Shown piece after piece: positions 14,272 through 23,158 of a DNA stretch of 33,269 bases. The notes beneath the pieces were generated by a model. It saw nothing but the letters and a program-made list of their open reading frames with translations, did no database searches and was not told where the DNA came from. Positions within the stretch are counted from its first letter, which is position 1. Each line of letters begins with the position of its first letter. This DNA comes from a virus, in IMG/VR virus record IMGVR_UViG_3300005512_000177; one strand, written 5' to 3'. Both the position numbers and the translations under genes were made by a program.

Positions 14272-16346
14272 TAAACCAGACTCCTTTGCCCATTTTCATT
14301 CAACGCCTGGTTGATCACACCTATGATGGTGTCTTTCCTCTCTGCCAACAAAGTATCAAAACCTGCGGCATCTACAGCATTGATGTTAAAATTAATTACC
14401 ACTTCTGTGCTTCCACTCCTACCATTTGGCACGATACTGCCACTCGTCCTAGGACGGAATTCTTCGGGGCCATCCTCACCAACCATATATGTCTCACCCG
14501 GCACAACAGGACCTCCCCTACGCCTACCTTGGTATTGTGTTCCTTTTATGGCATTCACCTGCGCCATACCTGCCGCCAATTGGGCCGCCGCGAATATGAA
14601 ACTGAAAGGTGGTGGATAAGTCGATAGCGCATTAGTCACACCCTTATATGTGTTGATCAATGCCTCTGCTATCTGGACTTTTTTCCTAGCCTCGAACGCC
14701 TTCTTGTTGAAAGTGGCCAGGTTATCTAACATACTCATAAACCCTGCCTGACCTATTTCTACCTTCTCTTTGGTAGTCATATTTTCTAGATCTAATTCAT
14801 CAAACTTGCCCTGCTTGATCCTATCAAGATTATCCTTATGGATCTGGGCTTTCTTGTTGGCTTCTTCTTGTTCTAATCTACTCCTCTGCGCAATGGCATC
14901 CTTGGTGATGATGGTCTTTAATTGCTCAAACTCTCTATGGTTGATTTCACCAGTATCATATAATTTTTTTGTCCTATCCAATTGCTCTTTTTCTTTACGA
15001 GCGATGGCCTGGATCTCGGTTTCATTCAATTGTAAAAGATTATCAACGAAACTCTTGTTGGCACCTTTTAGATTTTCATAATTGATGATATTGGCTTCTA
15101 TGGCCTTGGCCAATCCAGCCTCCCTAGCAGTGATCTCTGGCAAGATGGTCCTGTAATCTTTATACTGCGCATTTATGTTCTGTAAAACCCTAGCCTGTTC
15201 TAGTCTCTTCTGATTCAATTCCTCTAATTCAGCTTTTTCTTCTTCCGTGAGCTCTATGACCTCATTGCCAAGATCCATATAGTCCTGTATGCCCTGCGAT
15301 GCTTCATCAGTCTTATCCTTCAACATCGCGAACGCAGTGGCCACACCAGCAACTGCCGCCGCCAACAATATCAATGGATTGGCCAATGTGGCGATATTGA
15401 ACGCCGCCATCGCTATGGTAGCACTCCTAATGGCAGCCGCCATCCTCAAGAACATCGCACCCACCTTTAGACCAATCAAGCCACCCAAGGCCATCATAAC
15501 AAGATCACTATTGTCTTTCAAGAATTTTAAGGCATTGCCAGTTCCGATAATGGCCGATGCTAAACCCTGACCTATCGCCGTGGCGTATTCATCTATTACA
15601 TCCGCATTATCTTCAAAGAATTCATTGAGATCACCCAATTCACTATTCAAGGTATCAAAGAATTCCCTGGATATCACATCTTGGAATTTGAACAATTTAT
15701 CCTGTAACATTGAAAGGGTTCCTTCTAATGTTTCAGCAAACTCATCAGTGGCACCACCAAACTCTCCACCCTTACCAAACACCCTTTGGAACGCTTCTCT
15801 GGTCTCTTCTATAGAAACCGTAGCACCTTCTTTGAATCCTAACAGAGCCCTCACACCTCTTTCCCTAAAGATGTCAGCTGATGCTATACCACCCGACAAG
15901 GCCCGTTGGATCTGCTCACCAGTGGTCTGGAAATCTAATCCAGTAACCGCGGCCACATTACCGGTGATCTCTAAAATATTTTTCAATTCATCAGCATCTT
16001 TAGCCACAACAGCCAAATTACCTGATGCCGCTGATATCTGTTCAAGGCTGAACGGAACCCTACCAGCAAATTCAGTCAAGGTGTCAAATGCTCTGGCACC
16101 TTCTTCAGCACTACCAAATAAGAATTTGAACCTTAGGCCAAGACCCTCGACCTGCTTTCCAACATTGATCAAACTGCTGATCGCCCTACCAGCACCGATG
16201 GCCGCGATCGCTCCAGCGGCGACCTTCGCCGCCGTGCCAAGATTGAAGGAGGCCTTCTGCGTCCTACCCAATGCCCTTTCCAGATTATCAATCCGCTGGG
16301 TGTTCTTTACTACGACATCAAGGTCTATTCTTTGTTTTGTAGCCAC
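14271..16346 (-). CDS. Tail tape measure protein
   Basis: Track ORF of 691 aa with a GTG start after GAGGAG. It has long coiled-coil E/K/Q-rich segments plus a central hydrophobic block (LVMMALGGLIGLKVGAMFLRMAAAIRSATIAMAAFNIATLANPLILLAAAVAGVATAF). It follows the G/T chaperone pair. Confidence 0.85.
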   Translation of the reverse strand: MATKQRIDLDVVVKNTQRIDNLERALGRTQKASFNLGTAAKVAAGAIAAIGAGRAISSLINVGKQVEGLGLRFKFLFGSAEEGARAFDTLTEFAGRVPFSLEQISAASGNLAVVAKDADELKNILEITGNVAAVTGLDFQTTGEQIQRALSGGIASADIFRERGVRALLGFKEGATVSIEETREAFQRVFGKGGEFGGATDEFAETLEGTLSMLQDKLFKFQDVISREFFDTLNSELGDLNEFFEDNADVIDEYATAIGQGLASAIIGTGNALKFLKDNSDLVMMALGGLIGLKVGAMFLRMAAAIRSATIAMAAFNIATLANPLILLAAAVAGVATAFAMLKDKTDEASQGIQDYMDLGNEVIELTEEEKAELEELNQKRLEQARVLQNINAQYKDYRTILPEITAREAGLAKAIEANIINYENLKGANKSFVDNLLQLNETEIQAIARKEKEQLDRTKKLYDTGEINHREFEQLKTIITKDAIAQRSRLEQEEANKKAQIHKDNLDRIKQGKFDELDLENMTTKEKVEIGQAGFMSMLDNLATFNKKAFEARKKVQIAEALINTYKGVTNALSTYPPPFSFIFAAAQLAAGMAQVNAIKGTQYQGRRRGGPVVPGETYMVGEDGPEEFRPRTSGSIVPNGRSGSTEVVINFNINAVDAAGFDTLLAERKDTIIGVINQALNENGQRSLV

Positions 16347-16479
16347 TCGCTCTCTGTCTCCTCATTTGTTGGTTGGCGTAATCTTGTTGTTTCTTGATCC
16401 AAGCGGACCAAAGATCCAATTCCAACACAGACAATTCCATAACATCCTTTATCGGCATCTTGAGCCGATCAGCCAACAT
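16318..16479 (-). CDS. Tail assembly chaperone, gpT-like segment (53 codons; free-standing or the -1 frameshift extension of 16509..16856)
   Basis: Not in the track because it is under 60 aa. Hand translation gives MLADRLKMPIKDVMELSVLELDLWSAWIKKQQDYANQQMRRQRASGYKTKNRP, resembling gpT-type segments (L..rl.m....l...S..El..W.A+). Its frame is -1 relative to 16509..16856 and is open from 16524. Confidence 0.55.
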   Translation of the reverse strand: MLADRLKMPIKDVMELSVLELDLWSAWIKKQQDYANQQMRRQRASGYKTKNRP

Positions 16480-16508
16480 TATTATGAAACCTAACTCCGT
16501 GTTGGTTT

Positions 16509-16856
16509 CTATTCCTTTATTACATCACCAATCGGTTTCCTGATACCTATGTTATTGATCTGCCCAGCGACCTTAACGATCACTGCGGGATCGGCCTCAT
16601 TCATCAAATTGACTCTGTCCGCATCAACAAAGATCCTCTTGCCATCCTTGTCCAACGCTTTTATTATCAGTGATTCAACCAACGCCTCGACCGTCTTACC
16701 TTGTGATTGTAATTCGATAACCTTGGCCTCATCTCTGAACGCATATGTCCTTTTACAATAAACATCCATATCCCATTCTTCTACCCTTATCTTTTCCAGC
16801 TCACCAGCTATCGCTTTCTGATAATGGTTTGCTATCTTTTCTAATGCCTTACTCAT
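16509..16856 (-). CDS. Tail assembly chaperone, gpG-like
   Basis: Track ORF of 115 aa. The call rests on position between the major tail protein region and the tape measure, and on an acidic C-terminal half. Confidence 0.6.
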   Translation of the reverse strand: MSKALEKIANHYQKAIAGELEKIRVEEWDMDVYCKRTYAFRDEAKVIELQSQGKTVEALVESLIIKALDKDGKRIFVDADRVNLMNEADPAVIVKVAGQINNIGIRKPIGDVIKE

Positions 16857-17155
16857 CTTGTTCTCCTATTTTTTACTGTTTGTCTTATTGCGGGTTTCAA
16901 TATACCACGACCTTTGGTCTGCTTACTGTAATTGTTCTCGAGTCGTTCAATATACGGCACCCTGTTTTCTAATGTAACTTTCTGTTTTGATCTTCTGCTG
17001 TTCCACCCCCTTCGTGCCTTACCCTCACGGTATGGAGTCTGTGTCTTGACATTCTGTAAGAGTTCATCACCAAACGCAAACAATTCCGTCTCCACATCCT
17101 TGCGTATCTTTTTCATCGTGATACGCACACTAGGGGTGAAACTGACTCTGATCAT
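16853..17155 (-). CDS. Hypothetical basic protein with HK97-gp10-like motif
   Basis: Track ORF of 100 aa. 'TPYREGKARRGW' and 'VPYIERLEN' resemble the TP..TG.LR..W / YA..VE.G motifs of HK97 gp10-type tail-completion proteins, but a position after the major tail gene is atypical. Confidence 0.4.
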   Translation of the reverse strand: MIRVSFTPSVRITMKKIRKDVETELFAFGDELLQNVKTQTPYREGKARRGWNSRRSKQKVTLENRVPYIERLENNYSKQTKGRGILKPAIRQTVKNRRTR

Positions 17156-17580
17156 TACAATTCAGTTCTAACCAAATCTCCGGTTCCTTGAAACTGAATT
17201 GAACATTCTACAGCTCCGTCGAAATTTGACGTTACAGAATGTCCTGTCACGATGATGTTTCCTGCTAACTTAATACCAGTCGTCTCACCTGACGGGAACA
17301 ATTCTATTTTACCGATAGAATCTGGATTCTCCATATAACTTAGGAAGTTAGTTTGTCCAGCGTCATCATCCCTTAGATACACATCTAGAGATCCTGAATA
17401 CTGAGCCAAGCCAGCTGTGTAAGTTCTTGAAGTCTCCCCCATTACTGTGGTTTCGATCGTTCCAACCTCACGGTCTATAGTGAAAGATCTAACCGAAGCA
17501 ACTGAAGCCACGGTAGAATCATCGCCTACAAATTTGATGACTCCACTCTCGCCTGTATATACACCACTATTAATAGCCAT
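17155..17580 (-). CDS. Major tail protein
   Basis: Track ORF of 141 aa. Size, position and an all-beta-like composition (TP901-1/GTA g9-like; 'TIETTVMGETSRTYTAGLAQYSGSLDVY') support the call. Confidence 0.65.
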   Translation of the reverse strand: MAINSGVYTGESGVIKFVGDDSTVASVASVRSFTIDREVGTIETTVMGETSRTYTAGLAQYSGSLDVYLRDDDAGQTNFLSYMENPDSIGKIELFPSGETTGIKLAGNIIVTGHSVTSNFDGAVECSIQFQGTGDLVRTEL

Positions 17581-17584
17581 TGTA

Positions 17585-17800
17585 TTACTCCTTGTTGTTT
17601 AGATCTTCTGGACCAGAAAGATCAGTGATTGATTTAACCTCTACCTCACCCACCTCAAGTTTTAATTTCGGTAAGCTCTTCTTAATTGGTTTTGGTTTTT
17701 GATTATCAGGATTAAAGGTCCATCCTGAATCCAAATGTGCTTGGACATTCAATCCCCGCACTTTTTTTGAATTTTGATTCTTATACATTCTAACACTCAT
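17585..17800 (-). CDS. Hypothetical protein (71 aa)
   Basis: Track ORF, coupled to the upstream gene by a 1-nt overlap. Lys/Pro-rich. Confidence 0.5.
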   Translation of the reverse strand: MSVRMYKNQNSKKVRGLNVQAHLDSGWTFNPDNQKPKPIKKSLPKLKLEVGEVEVKSITDLSGPEDLNNKE

Positions 17801-18237
17801 TATACTACTCCTTTTTTATACCTATATCTCACTTCAACCGTCACTACTACTTCTCCTAGGGGGAGTTCCCTTTCGACCACCTCAATTGCTATCACACGAG
17901 TCGTAACGCTATGAATGTTGTCCGCTGATAAGGTTATATCCCTATCCCGCGACACTTCAAGCGTCTCTTCTATACGCTCAACTATCTCGTTCCTGAGCGT
18001 GTCTATCTCTGTGCCTCTGACATAACATCTCAAATTGTATGTGATTATACCTAACCTCTCATCTGTGGTGATATCTTCTCGGCTTTCATCACCTGTGATG
18101 ATTAATATTGCTGGGAACTGCGTGATCGCCAATTTCTGGACATCAAAGAATACCCTGCTCACTGACCCCACAGCAGGATCCGTCATATTCTCTAATTGTT
18201 TCTGTAAATTGATTGCTATATTTTCTCTGGCTGACAT
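17800..18237 (-). CDS. Neck / tail-terminator-type protein
   Basis: Track ORF of 145 aa. The call rests on position between the connector gene and the major tail gene, and on a size and pattern reminiscent of DUF3168/gp11-type proteins. Confidence 0.45.
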   Translation of the reverse strand: MSARENIAINLQKQLENMTDPAVGSVSRVFFDVQKLAITQFPAILIITGDESREDITTDERLGIITYNLRCYVRGTEIDTLRNEIVERIEETLEVSRDRDITLSADNIHSVTTRVIAIEVVERELPLGEVVVTVEVRYRYKKGVV

Positions 18238-18689
18238 TACCTTACCAATCTATTATGATGGAAGGATTGCCTTTCTGTCTCTGAATAATTTCCACTAGAA
18301 TCCAGATCGTAATTAACACCCACCCGTAAGATCAAATCAAATTCTTCTTCAAACTTGACCTTATAATATTGCATTTTTTCTCTAAATGAATCACCATCAG
18401 GATCGAAGGTTGATAACCTTGGATAGATGTATTCACTTAAAACGTGATACACGGCCGCTCTGGTGAATTGGCTAGCGTCCAATCTGCTCGGACTTAACCT
18501 ATCATTACTACCACCAGGCAGAGTGATGTCATTCCTACCATAGTCAGCCTTTGGCCACCATCGGATGTTCAACAACCTGATGATATCATCGTAAGACTTC
18601 TCGTGGAGCTGATCAAATTGAGCAATACCATATTTTTGGATGTCTGGTTCGTATTCTAGGATATCTGCGTCATTAGCAAATGTGCTCAT
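18237..18689 (-). CDS. Head-tail connector / adaptor candidate
   Basis: Track ORF of 150 aa. It is the first gene after the capsid terminator, and AGGAAGGA lies upstream of ATG 18689. Confidence 0.45.
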   Translation of the reverse strand: MSTFANDADILEYEPDIQKYGIAQFDQLHEKSYDDIIRLLNIRWWPKADYGRNDITLPGGSNDRLSPSRLDASQFTRAAVYHVLSEYIYPRLSTFDPDGDSFREKMQYYKVKFEEEFDLILRVGVNYDLDSSGNYSETERQSFHHNRLVR

Positions 18690-18753
18690 AAAGGTCCTTC
18701 CTTATTTTATAGAATTAGGTCCTTCCTAACTCTAATGATATTTATTTGGATAC

Positions 18754-18791
18754 AAAAAAGGCGAGCCTAAACAATCCAGTCTAGCCCGCCT
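18754..18791 (-). terminator. Rho-independent terminator after the major capsid gene
   Basis: The minus strand reads AGGCGGGCT-loop-AGGCTCGCCT followed by TTTTTTG. The two wobble positions pair only in the minus-strand RNA (G-U), which fixes the orientation. Confidence 0.8.
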
Positions 18792-18822
18792 AATTTGTTA
18801 AACTAAAAGGGGTTTATCCCTA

Positions 18823-19692
18823 TTAGCCGATTACTTTAGAACCTTTAACTCTACAAGCATAAGACGCCTTCACAAGTGCCGTTTTAACAGCAGTTGATCC
18901 AACGAACTCTGTGTGACGCATACTTGCGTCCCTTTGAGATTCAATTCTTAAAGGTCTTTTGATCACGTGCGCGAACGCAGTTGGTGAGAACACACAACCG
19001 TGAGCATCAGTGCCTACTGAATCGTCTTGGATGCCAGTGCTTTGAAAAATTTTCACATTGAATAATTTTCCAACATACGCTGAAGAACTGATTAAAGCGT
19101 TACCAACATTTGATATCGCATTCGCACTATTCCCATAACCAGCACCTGCTAATGATGAAGCCAATTTGTATGCTTGACCCGGGTGGATCACACAATGATA
19201 ATCACCTTCTCCATCAGTTGGGGCGTTGTTATTTCGTAGCGTATATACGGCCTGAAGTATGATATCTGGAGTGATTAAAGTTCCATTATCACCAACACCT
19301 TGAGCGATGTTAGCTTCTGTGAATAGACTGAAAGCATTTGTATCAACCTTCTCACCTATGGCCGATCCGATCATCTGTCCCACATCGCTACCCATATTTC
19401 TAACGGTAGATTCTGATAAAAGGTCAGATACATCGATTCTAGCTTGAACTTCAGCCGCAGTAACATCAATCTGAGCAATCGTGAAATTAGTATCAGTAAC
19501 TTCAGTTGTCTGATTTTGTTCTTGAGCGGTTATTTCTGGATACACAGGAATTTGCGCTGTAAGACCAGGCGTTCCTGACATATCATAAGTCGTAAAAACC
19601 TTATCCGCAATTGATTTTTCGGATTGGGTGAATACGGCCTCTTGTAGCATATTCGTTAGAATCTGCGTGTCGTTTATATTTGTATTAGCCAT
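18823..19692 (-). CDS. Major capsid protein (HK97 fold expected)
   Basis: Track ORF of 289 aa. It follows the scaffold gene, has a strong SD (AAAGGAG) and is followed by a strong terminator, as expected of the most highly expressed late gene. Confidence 0.8.
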   Translation of the reverse strand: MANTNINDTQILTNMLQEAVFTQSEKSIADKVFTTYDMSGTPGLTAQIPVYPEITAQEQNQTTEVTDTNFTIAQIDVTAAEVQARIDVSDLLSESTVRNMGSDVGQMIGSAIGEKVDTNAFSLFTEANIAQGVGDNGTLITPDIILQAVYTLRNNNAPTDGEGDYHCVIHPGQAYKLASSLAGAGYGNSANAISNVGNALISSSAYVGKLFNVKIFQSTGIQDDSVGTDAHGCVFSPTAFAHVIKRPLRIESQRDASMRHTEFVGSTAVKTALVKASYACRVKGSKVIG

Positions 19693-19724
19693 TTGCTAAT
19701 CTCCTTTTGTGTTAGAACTATAAC

Positions 19725-20435
19725 CTAGATAACGTTGGGATAAATCTTCCTTCGCATCTCAGCATATAGTTGTCTTTGTTTAGGATCATTAAGATCCAAT
19801 TTGTTTATATCAACATTTTTGCTAACACCTTCGGGATTTTGATTTGAACTTGACCCTGAACCAGTTGGTCCTGCTTGAACAAAATGCGGATTATCTTGAA
19901 GCCACATTTTAACTGCGTTTTCCACATCCAACGGCTCTCCAGTTTCAGTGTATTTCGTGTTTCCTGTCCTAGGATCCACAATCTCAACTGCCCCTGTTTC
20001 TGACATCCTGACCTGCTCTCTCACAAGTTTTACAACCTGTTCAGGATTGACTGCCTTATATTTGCTCGCCGCATTTATAAGAGCACCATCAACCTTGATC
20101 TTGGTCAATTCATCAGTAAGAGTAGATATCTTTGAGTTGGCCTTTTCAGCCTGCTCTTTCAATATCTTTTCAAACTCACCCTTTCGCTTTTGCTCTTCCA
20201 ATTTAGATAGCTCTTCCTTTTCTAGCAATTGCTTATAGGTATTAACATCAACACCATCAAATTGTTTCAACACACGCTCTTCACCGTGCTTTCTAGCACT
20301 TTTCATCGCGGCATCAAATTGTTCTTTGGTATAAACTGGTTGATTATCAGTTCCCTGCGTTGGATTATTTTTTGAGTCTTCTTGAGCAGGCGCAGTGCTC
20401 TGTTCAGTATTGACTTCCAATGTTTCATCACTCAT
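19725..20435 (-). CDS. Scaffolding protein
   Basis: This is track ORF 19725..20450. ATG at 20435 (MSDETLEV...) is preferred because GGAGGA lies 7 nt upstream. It has an acidic N-terminus and long E/K coiled-coil stretches (LLEKEELSKLEEQKRKGEFEKILKEQAEKANSKISTLTDELTKIK), and sits directly before the capsid gene. Confidence 0.65.
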   Translation of the reverse strand: MSDETLEVNTEQSTAPAQEDSKNNPTQGTDNQPVYTKEQFDAAMKSARKHGEERVLKQFDGVDVNTYKQLLEKEELSKLEEQKRKGEFEKILKEQAEKANSKISTLTDELTKIKVDGALINAASKYKAVNPEQVVKLVREQVRMSETGAVEIVDPRTGNTKYTETGEPLDVENAVKMWLQDNPHFVQAGPTGSGSSSNQNPEGVSKNVDINKLDLNDPKQRQLYAEMRRKIYPNVI

Positions 20436-20497
20436 TGTGGTGTCCTCCATTTGTTTGCAACGCTGGATAACGTTGAATAATATTATTTATTAACAAA

Positions 20498-21052
20498 TTA
20501 ATAGAACATCTCACTATTGGGATCTAACCCCCAGCATTCATAATATCCACTATTACGCAATTGACCTTGGGCTTTCTTTAATTTGTCTAACTTCTGAATC
20601 ATTATCAAAGGTGCCTTGCCATAACTGAAACTCACACCCTTATGCTTACCTTTATTTTTGGGATGATCATACAACACAGCGAATTCCTTATTTTTATCAT
20701 GGCCAACTCTACACAGCATAGCCAGCTGTTTCTCACTTATCTTGCGATTGAAATATAAAATGACAATATCCAGATTAAAGCAATCAAACAGATCGCAACA
20801 CTGATCAATCTGGTCCAGCACATCCACCTTCGCAACTGCGATCTGTATTTTGCGATCCGCAAGTGCTCTTTTCGCATACGGACAGATTGCCGCTCCACTC
20901 GCCTTATGAGTTTTAGCAACAACCTGTCTGATCCACTTCTCAATGTCTTTACTTCCTACGACCACTTGGTTTTCGCGGCTTCCTTCTACCTGACATTGGC
21001 TTTTTCCTTCTTCCACTTGCTGGCATTTTAGACCTCCTAGTTCGAGAGCCAA
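20498..21052 (-). CDS. Cys-rich hypothetical protein (184 aa)
   Basis: Track ORF with a TTG start. It has ten Cys, including 'ICPYAKRA' and 'QCCDLFDC'. No family recognised. Confidence 0.5.
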   Translation of the reverse strand: MALELGGLKCQQVEEGKSQCQVEGSRENQVVVGSKDIEKWIRQVVAKTHKASGAAICPYAKRALADRKIQIAVAKVDVLDQIDQCCDLFDCFNLDIVILYFNRKISEKQLAMLCRVGHDKNKEFAVLYDHPKNKGKHKGVSFSYGKAPLIMIQKLDKLKKAQGQLRNSGYYECWGLDPNSEMFY

Positions 21053-21075
21053 TTATGGCCCTACCTGTTGTTGTG

Positions 21076-21324
21076 TTAAGACCGGCCATTTATTGGCTCC
21101 CTGCCTTTGTTTTTTGATGGAGCATACAACTCCAACAATTCCATTCCACGATAGTGTGCCGCTTTCTTGATTTTTATCAATGCCTTACGAGCCTGTTCAG
21201 CATATCGCCTACTGGGACGCTCTATCAGCTTCTCCATCGCAGTGAAATACTGGACACATAACATCTTAAACTGCTCGTGCCTGGCTGATTCAACAGGTCT
21301 CCTATATATCCGCGCTATGCCCAT
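21076..21324 (-). CDS. Small basic helical hypothetical protein (82 aa)
   Basis: Track ORF, coupled 1 nt to the upstream gene. 'YAEQARKALIKIKKAAHYRGMELLEL' is an amphipathic basic helix. Confidence 0.5.
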   Translation of the reverse strand: MGIARIYRRPVESARHEQFKMLCVQYFTAMEKLIERPSRRYAEQARKALIKIKKAAHYRGMELLELYAPSKNKGREPINGRS

Positions 21325-21560
21325 TATTCCATATCCTCTGATTTTACAGGACTAAAATTGATACTATGCCAAGGTGCTGTCAGTCCGTGGCTATTTTTAT
21401 ATATCTCACCCGTCTGGACGGATTGGGCTGCCATAAACTCCTTGGTGCCGTTGCCATTACGTTTTTTTTGGATCACTTTACAAGGTCGCCATTCCTGGCC
21501 CCTAGCATAGAATTTGTAATGATTGGTCTTCTGACCTTTTGAAGTTTTAACACCAGCCAT
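21324..21560 (-). CDS. Small basic hypothetical protein (78 aa)
   Basis: Track ORF directly after the portal gene. Confidence 0.5.
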   Translation of the reverse strand: MAGVKTSKGQKTNHYKFYARGQEWRPCKVIQKKRNGNGTKEFMAAQSVQTGEIYKNSHGLTAPWHSINFSPVKSEDME

Positions 21561-21577
21561 TTCAACATACCTCTATG

Positions 21578-23158
21578 TTATGTCTGAATGTTTGAACCAG
21601 GTGTAGCATCATTAGATTCTCCATCAAATAAAGAACGTATTTCTGGATGTAATTCCATAATCTGTTCATTGGTATAACCTTGCTCTATCATCTGTCTCAT
21701 ATGCGCAATCATATCTTGCGGCGATGTCATAGCTGGATGCTGTGTCTGAGTGTTGATCTGTGATTGATCCATTTGAGCCATTAACTCTTCCTTGGCCTCC
21801 TCATCTGGTTCTATTATTTCTATGATCTTCTCATCAATCTTCTGCCTGATCCTAGGATCTGTTGGGTTCGTATCAGCCGCTTTCTTTAGGATGTCCATTT
21901 CATAATTCCTGTCCCTGATGTTGAATACACTTGGATACTTGATCTCACCATCCCATTCCATATTTTGGAATCTGGCGAACAACCTGAACAACTGCTCTTC
22001 AGCGAGTTGAAGATTCTTACTCTTTTCAATCAATTTGGTATCTAACTGAAGCATTTCAGTCTGTAAAGCGATGCCTGACATAGACCTCTGTTCAATCGCC
22101 CTAACACTACCAAGATGTCCCATCCTATCAATCGCCTTGATCTTGTTATCGATTGAATTAAGTATCATATCTATTGATTGACCTGATGGTTGTAATAAAG
22201 AAGGCCGTAATCCAGGATCTAATTCATTTGGTATCGTTATAATAGCACCCGCTCCAGCACTAGCTTCAGTATCAATAGTTTTGACCAATGTTGGATGTCC
22301 TGATATCCTTATCGTCTGTTCAATCTCACTTAACTCATTATAGATCGCATTCTGCATATCAGCTATATCACCAATATCAGAAACTCCAATACCTCGCGAT
22401 GGCGATCTCTGCGCATAAACCCATACCGCAGGGATTCTTCCCAATTGGTTTGGCATCTCTGAAATAACTTTCAAAGGTTCTGACGAATCTGGATCATAAT
22501 TTTCAACATACACTTTATCTTTGGTGAATGTTCTCAGGTAATATTTGGTGTTTTGGTTATAAGCCCTCTGCTCCTGTTCAAACAATCGCAAGAAACTTAA
22601 ATCATACAATCCATTTGGCAGCCTTTCAAATTCCCAATCAATAATATTTTGGGGAGTGTAGATTGATCCATATGGTCTGATGCCTTGCTGTAATTCTTCC
22701 GCCCTTGTGCCAACAACCGTGGATGGTTTATCAATCAACACTAAAGCGTGACCATATATGCTAGACTGGATATTGACATCTCTCATAAATTGATTGAAAT
22801 CCCTACCCTCCAGGTCAGTGTCTTTCATAAACGCCTCTAATTCAGGACTATTAGCAATATTACCAAATTCTCTCTTTGGTTCATTCCTAAACAGGAAACT
22901 ATTATAGATATGGATTATGCTACGACAATGATTATCTAAAGGTGTCTGCGCGATCCTATTGACATATTCAGCTGAATTTTCATTGACATACTTGGTTAGA
23001 TAATTGCCCAACCTATACTGCGCTCCGCCAGAATAAGATCGTTGGAGGAAATTCCACCTGTTTATGTAATTCACATATTCTTCGTGTAAAGGTATTCCCT
23101 CTAAATTTGGAACTGCTGAATCTCTATCGTTGCTGTTTGTTAAATTATAATCTGCCAT
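21578..23158 (-). CDS. Portal protein
   Basis: Track ORF of 526 aa. Its ATG abuts the TerL stop (TAGATG). The call rests on size and its position after the large terminase. Confidence 0.75.
   Translation of the reverse strand: MADYNLTNSNDRDSAVPNLEGIPLHEEYVNYINRWNFLQRSYSGGAQYRLGNYLTKYVNENSAEYVNRIAQTPLDNHCRSIIHIYNSFLFRNEPKREFGNIANSPELEAFMKDTDLEGRDFNQFMRDVNIQSSIYGHALVLIDKPSTVVGTRAEELQQGIRPYGSIYTPQNIIDWEFERLPNGLYDLSFLRLFEQEQRAYNQNTKYYLRTFTKDKVYVENYDPDSSEPLKVISEMPNQLGRIPAVWVYAQRSPSRGIGVSDIGDIADMQNAIYNELSEIEQTIRISGHPTLVKTIDTEASAGAGAIITIPNELDPGLRPSLLQPSGQSIDMILNSIDNKIKAIDRMGHLGSVRAIEQRSMSGIALQTEMLQLDTKLIEKSKNLQLAEEQLFRLFARFQNMEWDGEIKYPSVFNIRDRNYEMDILKKAADTNPTDPRIRQKIDEKIIEIIEPDEEAKEELMAQMDQSQINTQTQHPAMTSPQDMIAHMRQMIEQGYTNEQIMELHPEIRSLFDGESNDATPGSNIQT

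Noticed and set aside
15580-16494. 304-aa plus-strand ORF, the longest plus-strand ORF in the track
   Set aside because: It lies entirely antisense to the well-supported tape measure and chaperone genes. It is low-complexity (S/N/A/P-rich) with no SD. An open antisense frame is a common by-product of the codon bias of coiled-coil, Ala/Glu/Lys-rich genes.
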